Shown: positions 25,937 to 34,994 of the stretch, piece after piece
Numbering within the stretch: position 1 is the stretch's first letter
Layout of the letters: every line of letters begins with the position of its first letter
DNA from: an uncultured Candidatus Peribacteria bacterium
Lineage (GTDB): Bacteria > Patescibacteriota > Gracilibacteria > Peribacterales > Peribacteraceae
NCBI GenBank assembly: GCA_964592265.1
Contig: CAZQCB010000001.1
Coordinates: forward strand, 1-42,177
Direction: 5' to 3'
DNA length: 42,177 nucleotides
Made by a program: the position numbers and the translations under genes
The notes under the pieces: model-generated
Told to the model about the DNA's origin: nothing
The model's database searches: none
The model's input: only the letters and a program-made list of their open reading frames with translations

Positions 25937-27694
25937 TTGCCTTCCTTGCCCTCATTGCCTTCCAAATCTTTTCGCATCGGCCTCCTCCTTGCAGGAATCA
26001 CCACAGCGCTCCTCAGTGCAGGAAATATTCCCGTGATGATCGAGAGACCGCAGACTCTCGTCGATGGGATATCCTCTTCAATGGAGGAAAGTTTTTATCT
26101 CTCGCTCATACGGGAAGCCTCTGAAGGGCATGTTTTTTTGGGGAATTCCTCCCTCCGGGAACACCGCTCTGACCGCAGTATCGTCACGTTCTTCCCGCAC
26201 CTCCCCGCGCTCTTCATGCGCATCTTCGCGCTCAGCCTCCCGACGGCACTCTTCCTCACCGACCTCCTCTTCCCCTTCCTGACAACTCTCTTTTTCTTCC
26301 TCGCATGGAGAGGCATCTTTCGGAATGACCTCCTTGCAGGAGGAGTAACGCTGATCGCGATCGGAGCGTGGGAGGGCGGACTCCTCAATGTCGTCAATCC
26401 CAAAATGGTGATGACACTCGCGGCAGCGTACTCCGCACTCTACTTTGGTACGCAGCACCCATCAAAGCTCCACTATGCCTTGCGAGGGGGCTTACTCGGC
26501 ATCACGCTCTATACCTATCCCCATTACTTCCTCCTCTTCGGGTCATTTGAAGTCGCGGATTTTCTCCGGAGACTTGTTAAGAGGGCTCGGCTTCAGATCC
26601 GGGATTTTCAAGAGCTCATCATCCTCTCCTTGAGTACCTTCATCATTTCCCTCCCCTACCTCTTCCTCTCGGGGCTTGGGGGAAAAAGTGCTGCATCACT
26701 CGACCTCTGGTATCGGCAGGTGATTCCGAGTCGCTTGCCCGCTCACCCCACGCTACAGATTGCTCTTCTCCTCACCATTGCACTCTGTTTTTTTATTTTT
26801 AAGAAGAAGAGCGCTGAAGAAGTGAAGAACCGTATTCCACCGGAAGATCAGATCCTTACTTCGCTTTTCGCGGGCCTTCTCGTTCTCAATCAGTCACTTC
26901 TGCACGGCCTCGATATCATGTTCGGACTGCACTACAGGCTACCGCTGAAGATGCTCATCTGGATCGCGGTCGTCTTTGCAGTCTCGCGCATCATCCGAAA
27001 AGCATCGCTCTATCGTACCCCCGTCATCGTTCTTGCCGCATACAGTCTCTTCTCCATCATAACACTCAGTGGTCCTCTTCTCTCTCCGGAGAGAAATCGC
27101 ATTGCGGAGGCCTTCACCGCGTCCGATCTCCCAAAGGTTATCATGTGGCTCAATACGCAAGAAGAATCTGTGGTCCTCGCTCCGCATGAACTTTCTGAGA
27201 TCATCCCCGTCTACACTCCGCACTACGTCGCATGGAATGGCTATGCGAATTACCAGAGTGTGACGGATGCGGAACTTGCAAGACGCTATGTCCTGCAGGA
27301 GCTCGTGGAGCCGCAATCAGAAGTGGAGCGGGACCGGAGTTACCCGCAGGTCTTTAGCGTGTATGCGGGAAATCTCGCAGCGCGGGAACGGACCTGGTGC
27401 CAGGTGAAATCATTCTTCCGGAAGAGCAAAGCGGAGTGTTCTGTTTCCACTCCTTCAAAGATACGGAATCAGGAAGCTCTCAAGAACCTGGAGGAAAATC
27501 TCGCGCACCTCTCCCCCGAACTCTTCCTCACGCTCCTCCGTGAATTTCATGTCGATGTCATCGTCGCGGAGAATCCGCTTCCTCCAATCATCACACGGGA
27601 GTGTCCGGAAGGACAGTCGATCGGTGCATACACGATCTACACCTGCCGCGAGAGCCTCTCCATGATGCGACCCATTCGCTTCTCCCAGGTGTGA
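25937..27694 (+). CDS. polytopic membrane protein, paralog A (GT-C-like candidate)
   Basis: 585 aa from TTG25937. An N-terminal TM segment is followed by the acidic loop SSMEESFYLSLIREASEGH. The protein has many hydrophobic spans. A C-terminal soluble part resembles paralogs B and C (TDAELARRYVLQELV). Confidence 0.65.
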   Translation: MPSLPSLPSKSFRIGLLLAGITTALLSAGNIPVMIERPQTLVDGISSSMEESFYLSLIREASEGHVFLGNSSLREHRSDRSIVTFFPHLPALFMRIFALSLPTALFLTDLLFPFLTTLFFFLAWRGIFRNDLLAGGVTLIAIGAWEGGLLNVVNPKMVMTLAAAYSALYFGTQHPSKLHYALRGGLLGITLYTYPHYFLLFGSFEVADFLRRLVKRARLQIRDFQELIILSLSTFIISLPYLFLSGLGGKSAASLDLWYRQVIPSRLPAHPTLQIALLLTIALCFFIFKKKSAEEVKNRIPPEDQILTSLFAGLLVLNQSLLHGLDIMFGLHYRLPLKMLIWIAVVFAVSRIIRKASLYRTPVIVLAAYSLFSIITLSGPLLSPERNRIAEAFTASDLPKVIMWLNTQEESVVLAPHELSEIIPVYTPHYVAWNGYANYQSVTDAELARRYVLQELVEPQSEVERDRSYPQVFSVYAGNLAARERTWCQVKSFFRKSKAECSVSTPSKIRNQEALKNLEENLAHLSPELFLTLLREFHVDVIVAENPLPPIITRECPEGQSIGAYTIYTCRESLSMMRPIRFSQV

Positions 27695-28782
27695 TTCTGA
27701 ACATCTGTCCACGCACGGGAAGCCTTCTTTGCCGCTTCTTCGCTGTGATCGAGTGCGCGTGCAATCGCATCGGCAAGGCCGCGTGGATCGCCGGGGGTAC
27801 AGAAGTACACGGTGTCTTCGCTTAAGACATCTCGGAGTGGCGGAAGATCCGCAGCGACGATCGGCTTCCGCGCTGCCATGTACTCGAAGATTTTTAAGGG
27901 GGAGGTATCGCGCTGAAAGAATGGGTGACTGGAGGCAGGTGCGGGGTAGACGAGGACGCTGCAGACCGAGAGAAAATCCGGAATGCCGCTATGGAGGAGG
28001 AAGCCGAAATACGTGACGCCCGGGGTCTTCCGGATGTTCTGGAGCAGGGCTGCATCTTTGGGCTCCGGCCCCGCAATAATGAGCTGCACCCTCCTCCCTT
28101 GACGCCGGAGGATGGCAAATGCTTCCAGGAGCTCCTCAATGCCCTTCGAAAGCCCCATGGAGGAGAGCTGTCCAGCATAGCCGATCGCAGGATCAAGAGA
28201 TGGACTGTATTTCGTGATGCTCACGGATCTCTGCACTCCGGAGAAAGCGGAAAGATCGAAGGCATCGGACTCGACGATGGTTTTCTTTGGATCGCTGCCC
28301 CAGGAGAGGAGCACGGCGCGCATCGGCGTCGTGAGTGAGATGACGAGGGCACACCGATTGCAGAGGGCGGCAAAACGCCGTTGTCCCCTTCCTGGGAGGG
28401 TATGAAGCTCGAGCACAACGGGGATCTTTGTTTTAAGTAATGTCGAGAGCAATGCCGGGGAGCGCGTGTACGTTAATGCAAATTTCTGCGCACGCAGTTT
28501 TTTGCGTAACGCAAGGCGGAACTGCAGATTGAGAAGGAAGAGCTGGAGAAACTTCGGGAGAGGCCAGTCGATGGGGTCGAAAGTCCCGAGGCGTGTGAGC
28601 TTCACGCGCCTGTCTGCGTTGTGAAACGTCCAGTAGTCATTCTGGATCGGATTTCTCCGATAGGGCGCCAAAATCTCGACCTCGTGCCCAAGGTTCACGA
28701 GTGCATCACAGACACGCGCCACCTGGTGCCCGTGAGCGCGTTCGCTCGGGAGTCGCACGTTCGTACAGTAGGCAATGCGCAT
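27637..28782 (-). CDS. GT4 family glycosyltransferase
   Basis: 381 aa from ATG28782 (MRIAYCTNVRLPSERAHGHQV). The C-terminal region reads LKIFEYMAARKPIVAADLPPLRDVL. The 3' end overlaps the convergent gene by 58 nt. Confidence 0.8.
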   Translation of the reverse strand: MRIAYCTNVRLPSERAHGHQVARVCDALVNLGHEVEILAPYRRNPIQNDYWTFHNADRRVKLTRLGTFDPIDWPLPKFLQLFLLNLQFRLALRKKLRAQKFALTYTRSPALLSTLLKTKIPVVLELHTLPGRGQRRFAALCNRCALVISLTTPMRAVLLSWGSDPKKTIVESDAFDLSAFSGVQRSVSITKYSPSLDPAIGYAGQLSSMGLSKGIEELLEAFAILRRQGRRVQLIIAGPEPKDAALLQNIRKTPGVTYFGFLLHSGIPDFLSVCSVLVYPAPASSHPFFQRDTSPLKIFEYMAARKPIVAADLPPLRDVLSEDTVYFCTPGDPRGLADAIARALDHSEEAAKKASRAWTDVQNHTWEKRMGRIMERLSRQV

Positions 28783-28790
28783 GGAAGAGT

Positions 28791-28796
28791 ATCTTA
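28791..28796 (-). promoter_or_regulatory. -10-like box TAAGAT, 8 nt upstream of ATG28782
   Basis: The minus strand reads TAAGAT-actcttcc-ATG. The box overlaps the upstream stop codon. Confidence 0.25.
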
Positions 28797-30404
28797 ACGA
28801 ATACGGTAGAGACGCCAATCTTCCCCATTCGCGATCTGCGTGAAAAGATCTTCATCCACCTTCCAGGTTGGCCGCTCGCGCTCATTCCAGAGGAGGAAAT
28901 CAACACCATACTCCCGCAGCGCTGCTACAGGATTGGCGAGGAGCGCCGCGCAGACCTCCCCAAATTCCCGTTCCCGCTCCGGAAGGAAAGATTGTGCACG
29001 CGTATGCGTCGCTTCCCGCGCAATCCAGAAGATATCGGGGCCCGCAGAGTTGAATACTTCCGTAAGGCAGTAGCGCTCCGCAAATTCCCTGTTGCTGACG
29101 AGGAGATGACGCACGTAGGGCGTGAAGACCGTATCGTCATCCGTCCAGTTCGTGACCATCTGTGCTGATCGGTAATCGGTGAGGATAGTTTGCCTCTTCC
29201 CATCACTCAGGATTTTTAAAGCTGGAGCGAGGTGTTGGAGATCGAGGTGCTCGCGCGGGGCGAAGGGGAGAGCCCATGCTCCGCGATAGTCCCAGAAACC
29301 TGCCAGGAGGAAGATCGCTGCAATTGCCACAATGCCGCGGGAGGGCCAAGTTCCTCTGGCATGTGCCAAGGCCCATGCAGCCACGCTCACTGCTGCAAGA
29401 CACACAAAGGGGTAGTAGTGACTGGAGAAGGTGAGGAGAATGCCATGGAGAAGGTTCTGGTGCATGACAGTCCATGCAGCGAACACCAGTGCAGAGGGAA
29501 AGATTGCAGTCTTCAGGACATCCTCCTTTCGACGCACGGAGCGTAGGAGGAACATCGTCAAGAGCACGAGGAGAGAGAGGAGAATGCTTCGCATGGGGGA
29601 TTCGATCATGTGTGTTGGAACGACCTGGTTTCTTAGGGATACTTCCGCAGAGAAGGGATAAGCGCGTGAGGCGAGGACGAGTTTCAGGAGGAAAGGCATG
29701 CTGAAGAGGAATGTGAGTACCCCTACGAGGAGGAGCACGTGTGTACGTTCCCGTTTCCAGGTGGAAGTCCGGAGGAGGAGGAGATGGAGGAGAAGGAACC
29801 ATCCCCCAACTGCCCAAACGTAGGAAAAATCCCAGAAGTAGACTGCGGGGAGACTTCCCGTGAGAAGTACCGTGAGGAGGATGCGAGAGGAGCGAGGGTG
29901 CTGCCACGTTCGTAGAAGGGAGAAAATTGTTCCGAGTGCAAGCGGGAGCGCGAGCGACATGTAGATGGGCCTCTGTAAAGGGCTAAGAAAAGTAATGGTG
30001 TAGGTAAGACCGGAGGCAAGCGAGAGCCCCTTCCCCACTCCGGAAGCTCTGAGGGTCCCTGCGATAAGAGGGATCATGAGAGGCGCAATGAGTACGGTGA
30101 GGATCACCGAGATCTGCGGCCCATGGAGGCCAGTCCAGGAGAAAAGCGTGCCACCGAGGAGCTCCAGAAGCGCCGGAGCGACTCCCTGCGCAGGAGGACC
30201 TGTAATCCCATTCTGAAATTCCCGAAAATGCCCCTGGGCTGCGGCATCGAGCCTCCCCATGTAGAACCCATCGTCGTTCGTTCGAAACGGAACGAGTCCC
30301 CGGTACTCTGGACGGAAGGTATAGAGGAAGTACGGGAGAGCAATGAGGAGAGCCATCCCGAGCATCGAGTAGACCTCCACTCGTCGGAAATTCTTCTCTG
30401 TCAT
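28794..30404 (-). CDS. polytopic membrane protein, paralog B (GT-C-like candidate)
   Basis: 536 aa from ATG30404 (ATGA overlap with paralog C). The acidic loop reads FRTNDDGFYMGRLDAAAQGH. Strings shared with paralog C: YFWDFSYVWAVGG, ESPMRSILLSL and REFAERYCLTEVF. Confidence 0.7.
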   Translation of the reverse strand: MTEKNFRRVEVYSMLGMALLIALPYFLYTFRPEYRGLVPFRTNDDGFYMGRLDAAAQGHFREFQNGITGPPAQGVAPALLELLGGTLFSWTGLHGPQISVILTVLIAPLMIPLIAGTLRASGVGKGLSLASGLTYTITFLSPLQRPIYMSLALPLALGTIFSLLRTWQHPRSSRILLTVLLTGSLPAVYFWDFSYVWAVGGWFLLLHLLLLRTSTWKRERTHVLLLVGVLTFLFSMPFLLKLVLASRAYPFSAEVSLRNQVVPTHMIESPMRSILLSLLVLLTMFLLRSVRRKEDVLKTAIFPSALVFAAWTVMHQNLLHGILLTFSSHYYPFVCLAAVSVAAWALAHARGTWPSRGIVAIAAIFLLAGFWDYRGAWALPFAPREHLDLQHLAPALKILSDGKRQTILTDYRSAQMVTNWTDDDTVFTPYVRHLLVSNREFAERYCLTEVFNSAGPDIFWIAREATHTRAQSFLPEREREFGEVCAALLANPVAALREYGVDFLLWNERERPTWKVDEDLFTQIANGEDWRLYRIR

Positions 30405-32059
30405 GGAGTAAAGGCGGGAGAGAGACTCAAGAGGAGCCATGTGTTTGAGGCTTCGAGAACAGTGAGGGGTAAGGAGTATCGGGTCATACTCCACTGGGGT
30501 TTCCCCTCCTGATTCCACAGGATGTGCGTCACTCCGTACTTTCGGAGCCAGGGGAGCGGATCACTCCGCACCCTCTCGCATGCTTCCCCGACGAGCACTC
30601 TCTCGCGCTCACGCATCTTAAGGGAATCGAGCACGGGAGTGTACTCGATGTAGAGCGAGCGATACGGATTGGGTGGGCTTCCTAAGAAGAGCTCTGAGAG
30701 ACAGAAGCGCTCCGCGAGCTCCGCATCAGAGAGGAGAAGGTGACGGGCGTGTGTCGTGTAGATAATCCCCTCATCTGTGAAGGAGGTGAGCACGCGACCG
30801 GTGTGCGCATCCGTGAGTACGACATCGCGCGTGCCATTCTCACGGAGAAGTTTGATGGGACGACGCAAGTACTGATCTTGGAAATCCTCTTCCTTGGGCA
30901 CGAAGAATCTGTACCCAGGGAGGTAATCATATGCCGCACCGGCAAGGAAGAGCACTGCTATGCCTGCAACACCCACTCGCGGCAAGAGGGGAACGCGATG
31001 GAGGAGGACATAGGCTCCCGCAACGAGGGAACCGAGGACGAGATGCGGGTAGAAATGGGAACTGAACATGAGAAGCGTCCCATGCACGATGTTCTGGTGC
31101 ATGGCGAGGAAGACTCCAAGGAGGAGGGAGAGGGTTGCAAGGTAACGCCAGTTCTGTCGCTCCTGCTTCCAGAGAGAGAGGAAGAGCCCCACTTGGAGCG
31201 CAAGGAGGATGCTCCGCATAGGGGACTCGACGGAGCGTGTGAAGAGAAACCCCGCACGGCGCGCAGTTTCCAAGTACAGCGGGTGCTGCATGAGTTCCCA
31301 AGTGTGGAGGAAGAAGGGAAGAGCAACGAAAAAAGTAACGAGGAGGACAACGAGGAACAGAGAGTGTGAAGGTGTGAAGGTGTGAAGGTCGTTCTTCAGG
31401 GGCCGCGTGATGTAGTGAAGAAGTACGGCGCTTCCCGCGACCGCCCATACGTAAGAGAAGCTCCAGAAGTAGATGTAGGGGAGCATGCCAAGGAGGAGTC
31501 CCGTGAGGAGTGCGAGAGGGAGAGACGGATGTTTCCAGAAGTGCAGGAATGCAATGAGGGCGGCAATCGCCGGAACAAAGCTCCACCCCGGATGCATGAC
31601 GCGCGAGACGACAGGGAAGAGGAGGAAGAAGTAGAGACTGGTCATGCCGAGTGCCCAAGGAGGAGAGAACTCCAATGTGCGGAAGAGGAAGTGAAAGAGG
31701 AGGAAGAGGAGAAACACAAAGAGGGGCGTAAGGATGACCGAGAGCGTGGGAGCGGGAATACCCAACCACCCAAGGAACACACCCAGGGCAATTTCGAGAC
31801 CGGCGATCTGCCCACCCTCAATCCCGGAACCGACGGGGGTGATCCCGTTGTCTGCTTCCGAAGGAAACCCCGAGAGAGCACGCTCCAGACGGCTATAGTA
31901 ATTGCCGAAGTCCTTGTCTCGAATGATGGTGAGTCCCTCGAAGGAGGGGTGGAATGTATGCAGGACGTATGGAACTGCGGCACCCAGTGCAAAAAGCAGG
32001 GCAACCCCTAGAACGGGGAAGAGGAAAGGGGTTTGGAGGCGGGGAGCAGAGGAAATCAC
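30401..32059 (-). CDS. polytopic membrane protein, paralog C (GT-C-like candidate)
   Basis: 552 aa from GTG32059. The acidic loop reads IRDKDFGNYYSRLERALSG. YFWSFSYVWAVAG, ESPMRSILLAL and AELAERFCLSELF are present. Confidence 0.7.
   Translation of the reverse strand: MISSAPRLQTPFLFPVLGVALLFALGAAVPYVLHTFHPSFEGLTIIRDKDFGNYYSRLERALSGFPSEADNGITPVGSGIEGGQIAGLEIALGVFLGWLGIPAPTLSVILTPLFVFLLFLLFHFLFRTLEFSPPWALGMTSLYFFLLFPVVSRVMHPGWSFVPAIAALIAFLHFWKHPSLPLALLTGLLLGMLPYIYFWSFSYVWAVAGSAVLLHYITRPLKNDLHTFTPSHSLFLVVLLVTFFVALPFFLHTWELMQHPLYLETARRAGFLFTRSVESPMRSILLALQVGLFLSLWKQERQNWRYLATLSLLLGVFLAMHQNIVHGTLLMFSSHFYPHLVLGSLVAGAYVLLHRVPLLPRVGVAGIAVLFLAGAAYDYLPGYRFFVPKEEDFQDQYLRRPIKLLRENGTRDVVLTDAHTGRVLTSFTDEGIIYTTHARHLLLSDAELAERFCLSELFLGSPPNPYRSLYIEYTPVLDSLKMRERERVLVGEACERVRSDPLPWLRKYGVTHILWNQEGKPQWSMTRYSLPLTVLEASNTWLLLSLSPAFTP
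31364..31387. repeat. octanucleotide tandem repeat GTGTGAAG x3
   Basis: Three perfect units read directly, plus a partial GT. They lie inside paralog C and encode DLHTFTPSH. Confidence 0.9.
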
Positions 32060-32067
32060 CGGAGGAA

Positions 32068-32073
32068 ACTCTA
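32068..32073 (-). promoter_or_regulatory. -10-like box TAGAGT, 8 nt upstream of GTG32059
   Basis: The minus strand reads TAGAGT-ttcctccg-GTG. Confidence 0.35.
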
Positions 32074-32108
32074 CCGCATTTCTTCTCCCCGCATACCCAG
32101 ATTTCCCC

Positions 32109-32114
32109 TAGGAT
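32109..32114 (+). promoter_or_regulatory. -10-like box TAGGAT, 8 nt upstream of ATG32123
   Basis: The sequence reads TAGGAT-aggctctg-ATG. The hexamer and spacing match those at 18356. Confidence 0.35.
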
Positions 32115-32122
32115 AGGCTCTG

Positions 32123-33142
32123 ATGTCTCCCCTCTCCGTCGGGGTCGTGGGACTTGGCTACTGGGGTCCCAACCTTCTCCGGAATTTCGCAGCGCTCGAT
32201 GACTGCACCGTGAAGTACGGATGTGATTTGAAGAAGGAGAATCTCGAAAAAATGCGGAAGCACTATCCCGCTGTGCGCTATACCCTTTCTTTCAAGGATC
32301 TCCTGCAGGATGCGGAGCTGACGGCAATTGCCATTGCCACCCCAACAGAAACGCACTTCGATCTTGCGAAGGCGGCGCTGGAATCCGGGAAACACGTCCT
32401 CCTCGAGAAGCCGATGACACGCACCTTAAAAGAAGCGACAGAACTCGTGGAACTCGCAAAGCAGAAAAAACTGCAGCTCCTCGTCGATCACACCTTCGTC
32501 TACACCGGTGCCGTTTCGAAGATTCGGGAACTTGTGAAGAGCGGAGAGATCGGTGATCTCCATTACTTTGATTCCACGCGTATCAACTTAGGTCTCATCC
32601 AGAAGGACGTGAATGTCCTCTGGGACCTCGCGATCCATGACCTCTCGATTCTGAATGTCCTCCATGATCTCTCGAACGTCGCATCGCTCTATGCGCACGG
32701 GAGTACGCATTTCACGAAGCAGCCGGAGATTGCCCATCTGCATCTCACCTTCCAGGACGGCATAGAGGCACATATCCATGTGTCCTGGCTCTCCCCCGTG
32801 AAGATTCGCAAGACCATCGTCGGTGGGTCGAAGAAGATGATTCTCTACGACGACACGGAGCCTTCGGAGAAAATCCGCATCTACGACAAGGGTGTGCATT
32901 TCCAGGAACTCGTCGAAGAGGGAAAACCCGACCCCTTCTTCCCCGTCTACCGGAGTGGCGACGTCCTCATCCCCGCAGTCCCGAATCCGGAAGCGATGAG
33001 CATCGAAGCAAAACACTTCCTCGCCTGCATCGAAGGACACGAACAACCGAGAGTATCCGGCAAAGACGGTGCGCGCATCATCGAGCTTCTGGAGCGTGCC
33101 AATCAGTCGATGGAAGAGAAGAGGCTCCTCACACTTTCGTGA
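32123..33142 (+). CDS. Gfo/Idh/MocA family oxidoreductase (sugar-nucleotide dehydrogenase type)
   Basis: 339 aa. VGVVGLGYWG and LLEKPMT are present. Confidence 0.9.
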   Translation: MSPLSVGVVGLGYWGPNLLRNFAALDDCTVKYGCDLKKENLEKMRKHYPAVRYTLSFKDLLQDAELTAIAIATPTETHFDLAKAALESGKHVLLEKPMTRTLKEATELVELAKQKKLQLLVDHTFVYTGAVSKIRELVKSGEIGDLHYFDSTRINLGLIQKDVNVLWDLAIHDLSILNVLHDLSNVASLYAHGSTHFTKQPEIAHLHLTFQDGIEAHIHVSWLSPVKIRKTIVGGSKKMILYDDTEPSEKIRIYDKGVHFQELVEEGKPDPFFPVYRSGDVLIPAVPNPEAMSIEAKHFLACIEGHEQPRVSGKDGARIIELLERANQSMEEKRLLTLS

Positions 33143-33950
33143 AATACGCGCGCAGGAGTGCTGCGAAGAGTCGCGCGTGGTAGCGGATATTACGCCATTC
33201 GTACTGGAGAGGAAGAGATCCTCTTGTTCCATAGCGCATTCGGCACCAAAGCGTGCGAAGGAGAATATGCAGCATGATGAGCGGCTCACGGAGAACGACC
33301 CACTGAACGAAATGCCAGAAAGGGGGACGACCCTGCGTGCGGGAGCGCTCCTTTTCCAGAGCAATATAGGTTTCATCCTTGCGCAGCAACTCCTCGAGAG
33401 GCTCCATGGGAACGTAGAGAGGAGCCTTCGTCACTACCTCGGTGAACGAGGCGTCGTAGACGTATTTCTCATGCACCGTCTTTCCCCGGCGGAGGGTGCA
33501 CCCCCCTTCGCGATGATGCACACGCGGCACAATTTCGGGCCAGAAGGCCCCATGACGCACGATTGTTCCCTCAACAATAGGGAGCCTTGGAACCTTGATG
33601 ATCGTCTTCTCATGAGCCCTGGAAAGAATCTCTCCAATTTCTGTCACCAGTTCCTCCGACATCTCCTCATCCGCATCGAGGTACAGCACCCAGTCATATG
33701 CCGCATCCCGACGCTGCTTCAAGCGAATCTCCGTGAAGTCCTTCACCCGCACGCTCTTCTCCTCCGTATCGTACTGCTTGAGTACACGAGCACCGTACTT
33801 CTGCGCAATCGCAACTGTGCCATCTTCGCTATTCGCATCATGCACCAGGATTTCTCCGAAGGGGCTGAGATTCTTGAGCGCATGCTCAAGCGTTTTCTCC
33901 GCATTGCGCGTGAGAACGAGAATGGAACAGGGAATTTTCTGCATTGTCAT
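33129..33950 (-). CDS. GT2 family glycosyltransferase
   Basis: 273 aa from ATG33950. ILVLTRNAEKTLEHAL, LVHDANSEDGT and LYLDADEE are present. Confidence 0.8.
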   Translation of the reverse strand: MTMQKIPCSILVLTRNAEKTLEHALKNLSPFGEILVHDANSEDGTVAIAQKYGARVLKQYDTEEKSVRVKDFTEIRLKQRRDAAYDWVLYLDADEEMSEELVTEIGEILSRAHEKTIIKVPRLPIVEGTIVRHGAFWPEIVPRVHHREGGCTLRRGKTVHEKYVYDASFTEVVTKAPLYVPMEPLEELLRKDETYIALEKERSRTQGRPPFWHFVQWVVLREPLIMLHILLRTLWCRMRYGTRGSLPLQYEWRNIRYHARLFAALLRAYFTKV

Positions 33951-34002
33951 AGCAAATGGGGATGACACGGCGGCGCGTATCGAGGGGCGAAGCACAAAAA
34001 TA

Positions 34003-34980
34003 TCATAGATCAATGGTGAAGCTCTCCCGCCGGACACTTCTGGCCCCAAACCCTTCCTTAAATGCAAAGAGCCCTTCATTGATCCCACGGGGACCGCCTT
34101 CCTCCATGGACACACCCAAATCAAGAATGGTTTTCCCCTCCTTGAGACAGAAACGCATCACTTCAGTGAGGAGAAGATTCACCGGGCGCTTCTTCTGAAA
34201 TGCATAATCCTGCGCCATGTACTTCGTGTAGACCGCATGATCGGTGAGTGCCACCGTGACAATCCCCGCAATGAGTTTTCCTTCGGAGAAGGCGCCGAAG
34301 AGTCGGACCTCATCTGGGAAGAGTAGAGCGAAATGTGCAAGTTCACTCTGATCATGCGTCGGACGAACCTTGTGGCGATGTTCGAGGGTCGCACTCAAAA
34401 TTGGCCAGAACGCATCATAATCATCGCAGAGACGCACTACTACACCTGCACGTTCTGCCTGCCGCACTTCGTTTCTACACTGCGTATCGAAACTCTGGAG
34501 GAGAGTTTCTTCTGTGAGCCCCTCAAGGAAGATGATGCTTCCAAGCTCAGAACGAGAAAGGTGGAAACCTGCTTGAAGGAGTGCATATTCCTGATCGTCG
34601 GATGCTGCCTTCCGACAGGGTCCTGGCGTCAGCCGGAGGAACGATGCCTTCTCCATCCCCTCTGCGCGAAGCTCTGCGAGGAGAGCTATCACTACATCGC
34701 AGGTGATGACTGCTCCGTTTTGAGAAGCAAGTACGAGTCCACCATGCGTCGATCCGGGGTGGGAGACGAAGTGCTTCACTCCCCCATCCTCTTTCACTGC
34801 CGCAGGGACCACTGCGACAAGCTTCCCTTTTTCAAAAAAGAGGAGCGAGTGATCTCTGAAGCGATCAGGCGGATGAGAGGAGAGGAAACGTCGTGTGTGG
34901 TAGAACGTGCCGTTGCGCGATGACGCAACGAAGGCATCCCAGGCCTTCGTGAGTTCTGGCTGAAAGCGCTGAACATCCAT
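34003..34980 (-). CDS. FemAB-like / Acetyltransf_6 (GNAT-fold) protein
   Basis: 325 aa. The layout is two GNAT-like lobes, with GKLIAGIVTV and LFAFKEGFGA. Confidence 0.65.
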   Translation of the reverse strand: MDVQRFQPELTKAWDAFVASSRNGTFYHTRRFLSSHPPDRFRDHSLLFFEKGKLVAVVPAAVKEDGGVKHFVSHPGSTHGGLVLASQNGAVITCDVVIALLAELRAEGMEKASFLRLTPGPCRKAASDDQEYALLQAGFHLSRSELGSIIFLEGLTEETLLQSFDTQCRNEVRQAERAGVVVRLCDDYDAFWPILSATLEHRHKVRPTHDQSELAHFALLFPDEVRLFGAFSEGKLIAGIVTVALTDHAVYTKYMAQDYAFQKKRPVNLLLTEVMRFCLKEGKTILDLGVSMEEGGPRGINEGLFAFKEGFGARSVRRESFTIDL

Positions 34981-34994
34981 GTGTGATCCGTATT

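Noticed and set aside
29203-31769. Alternative-frame ORFs 29203-29907 and 30927-31769 (Pro/Ser/Arg-rich)
   Set aside because: They are on the same strand as membrane paralogs B and C but out of frame. They have no hydrophobic spans or motifs. The chosen frames are mutually homologous.
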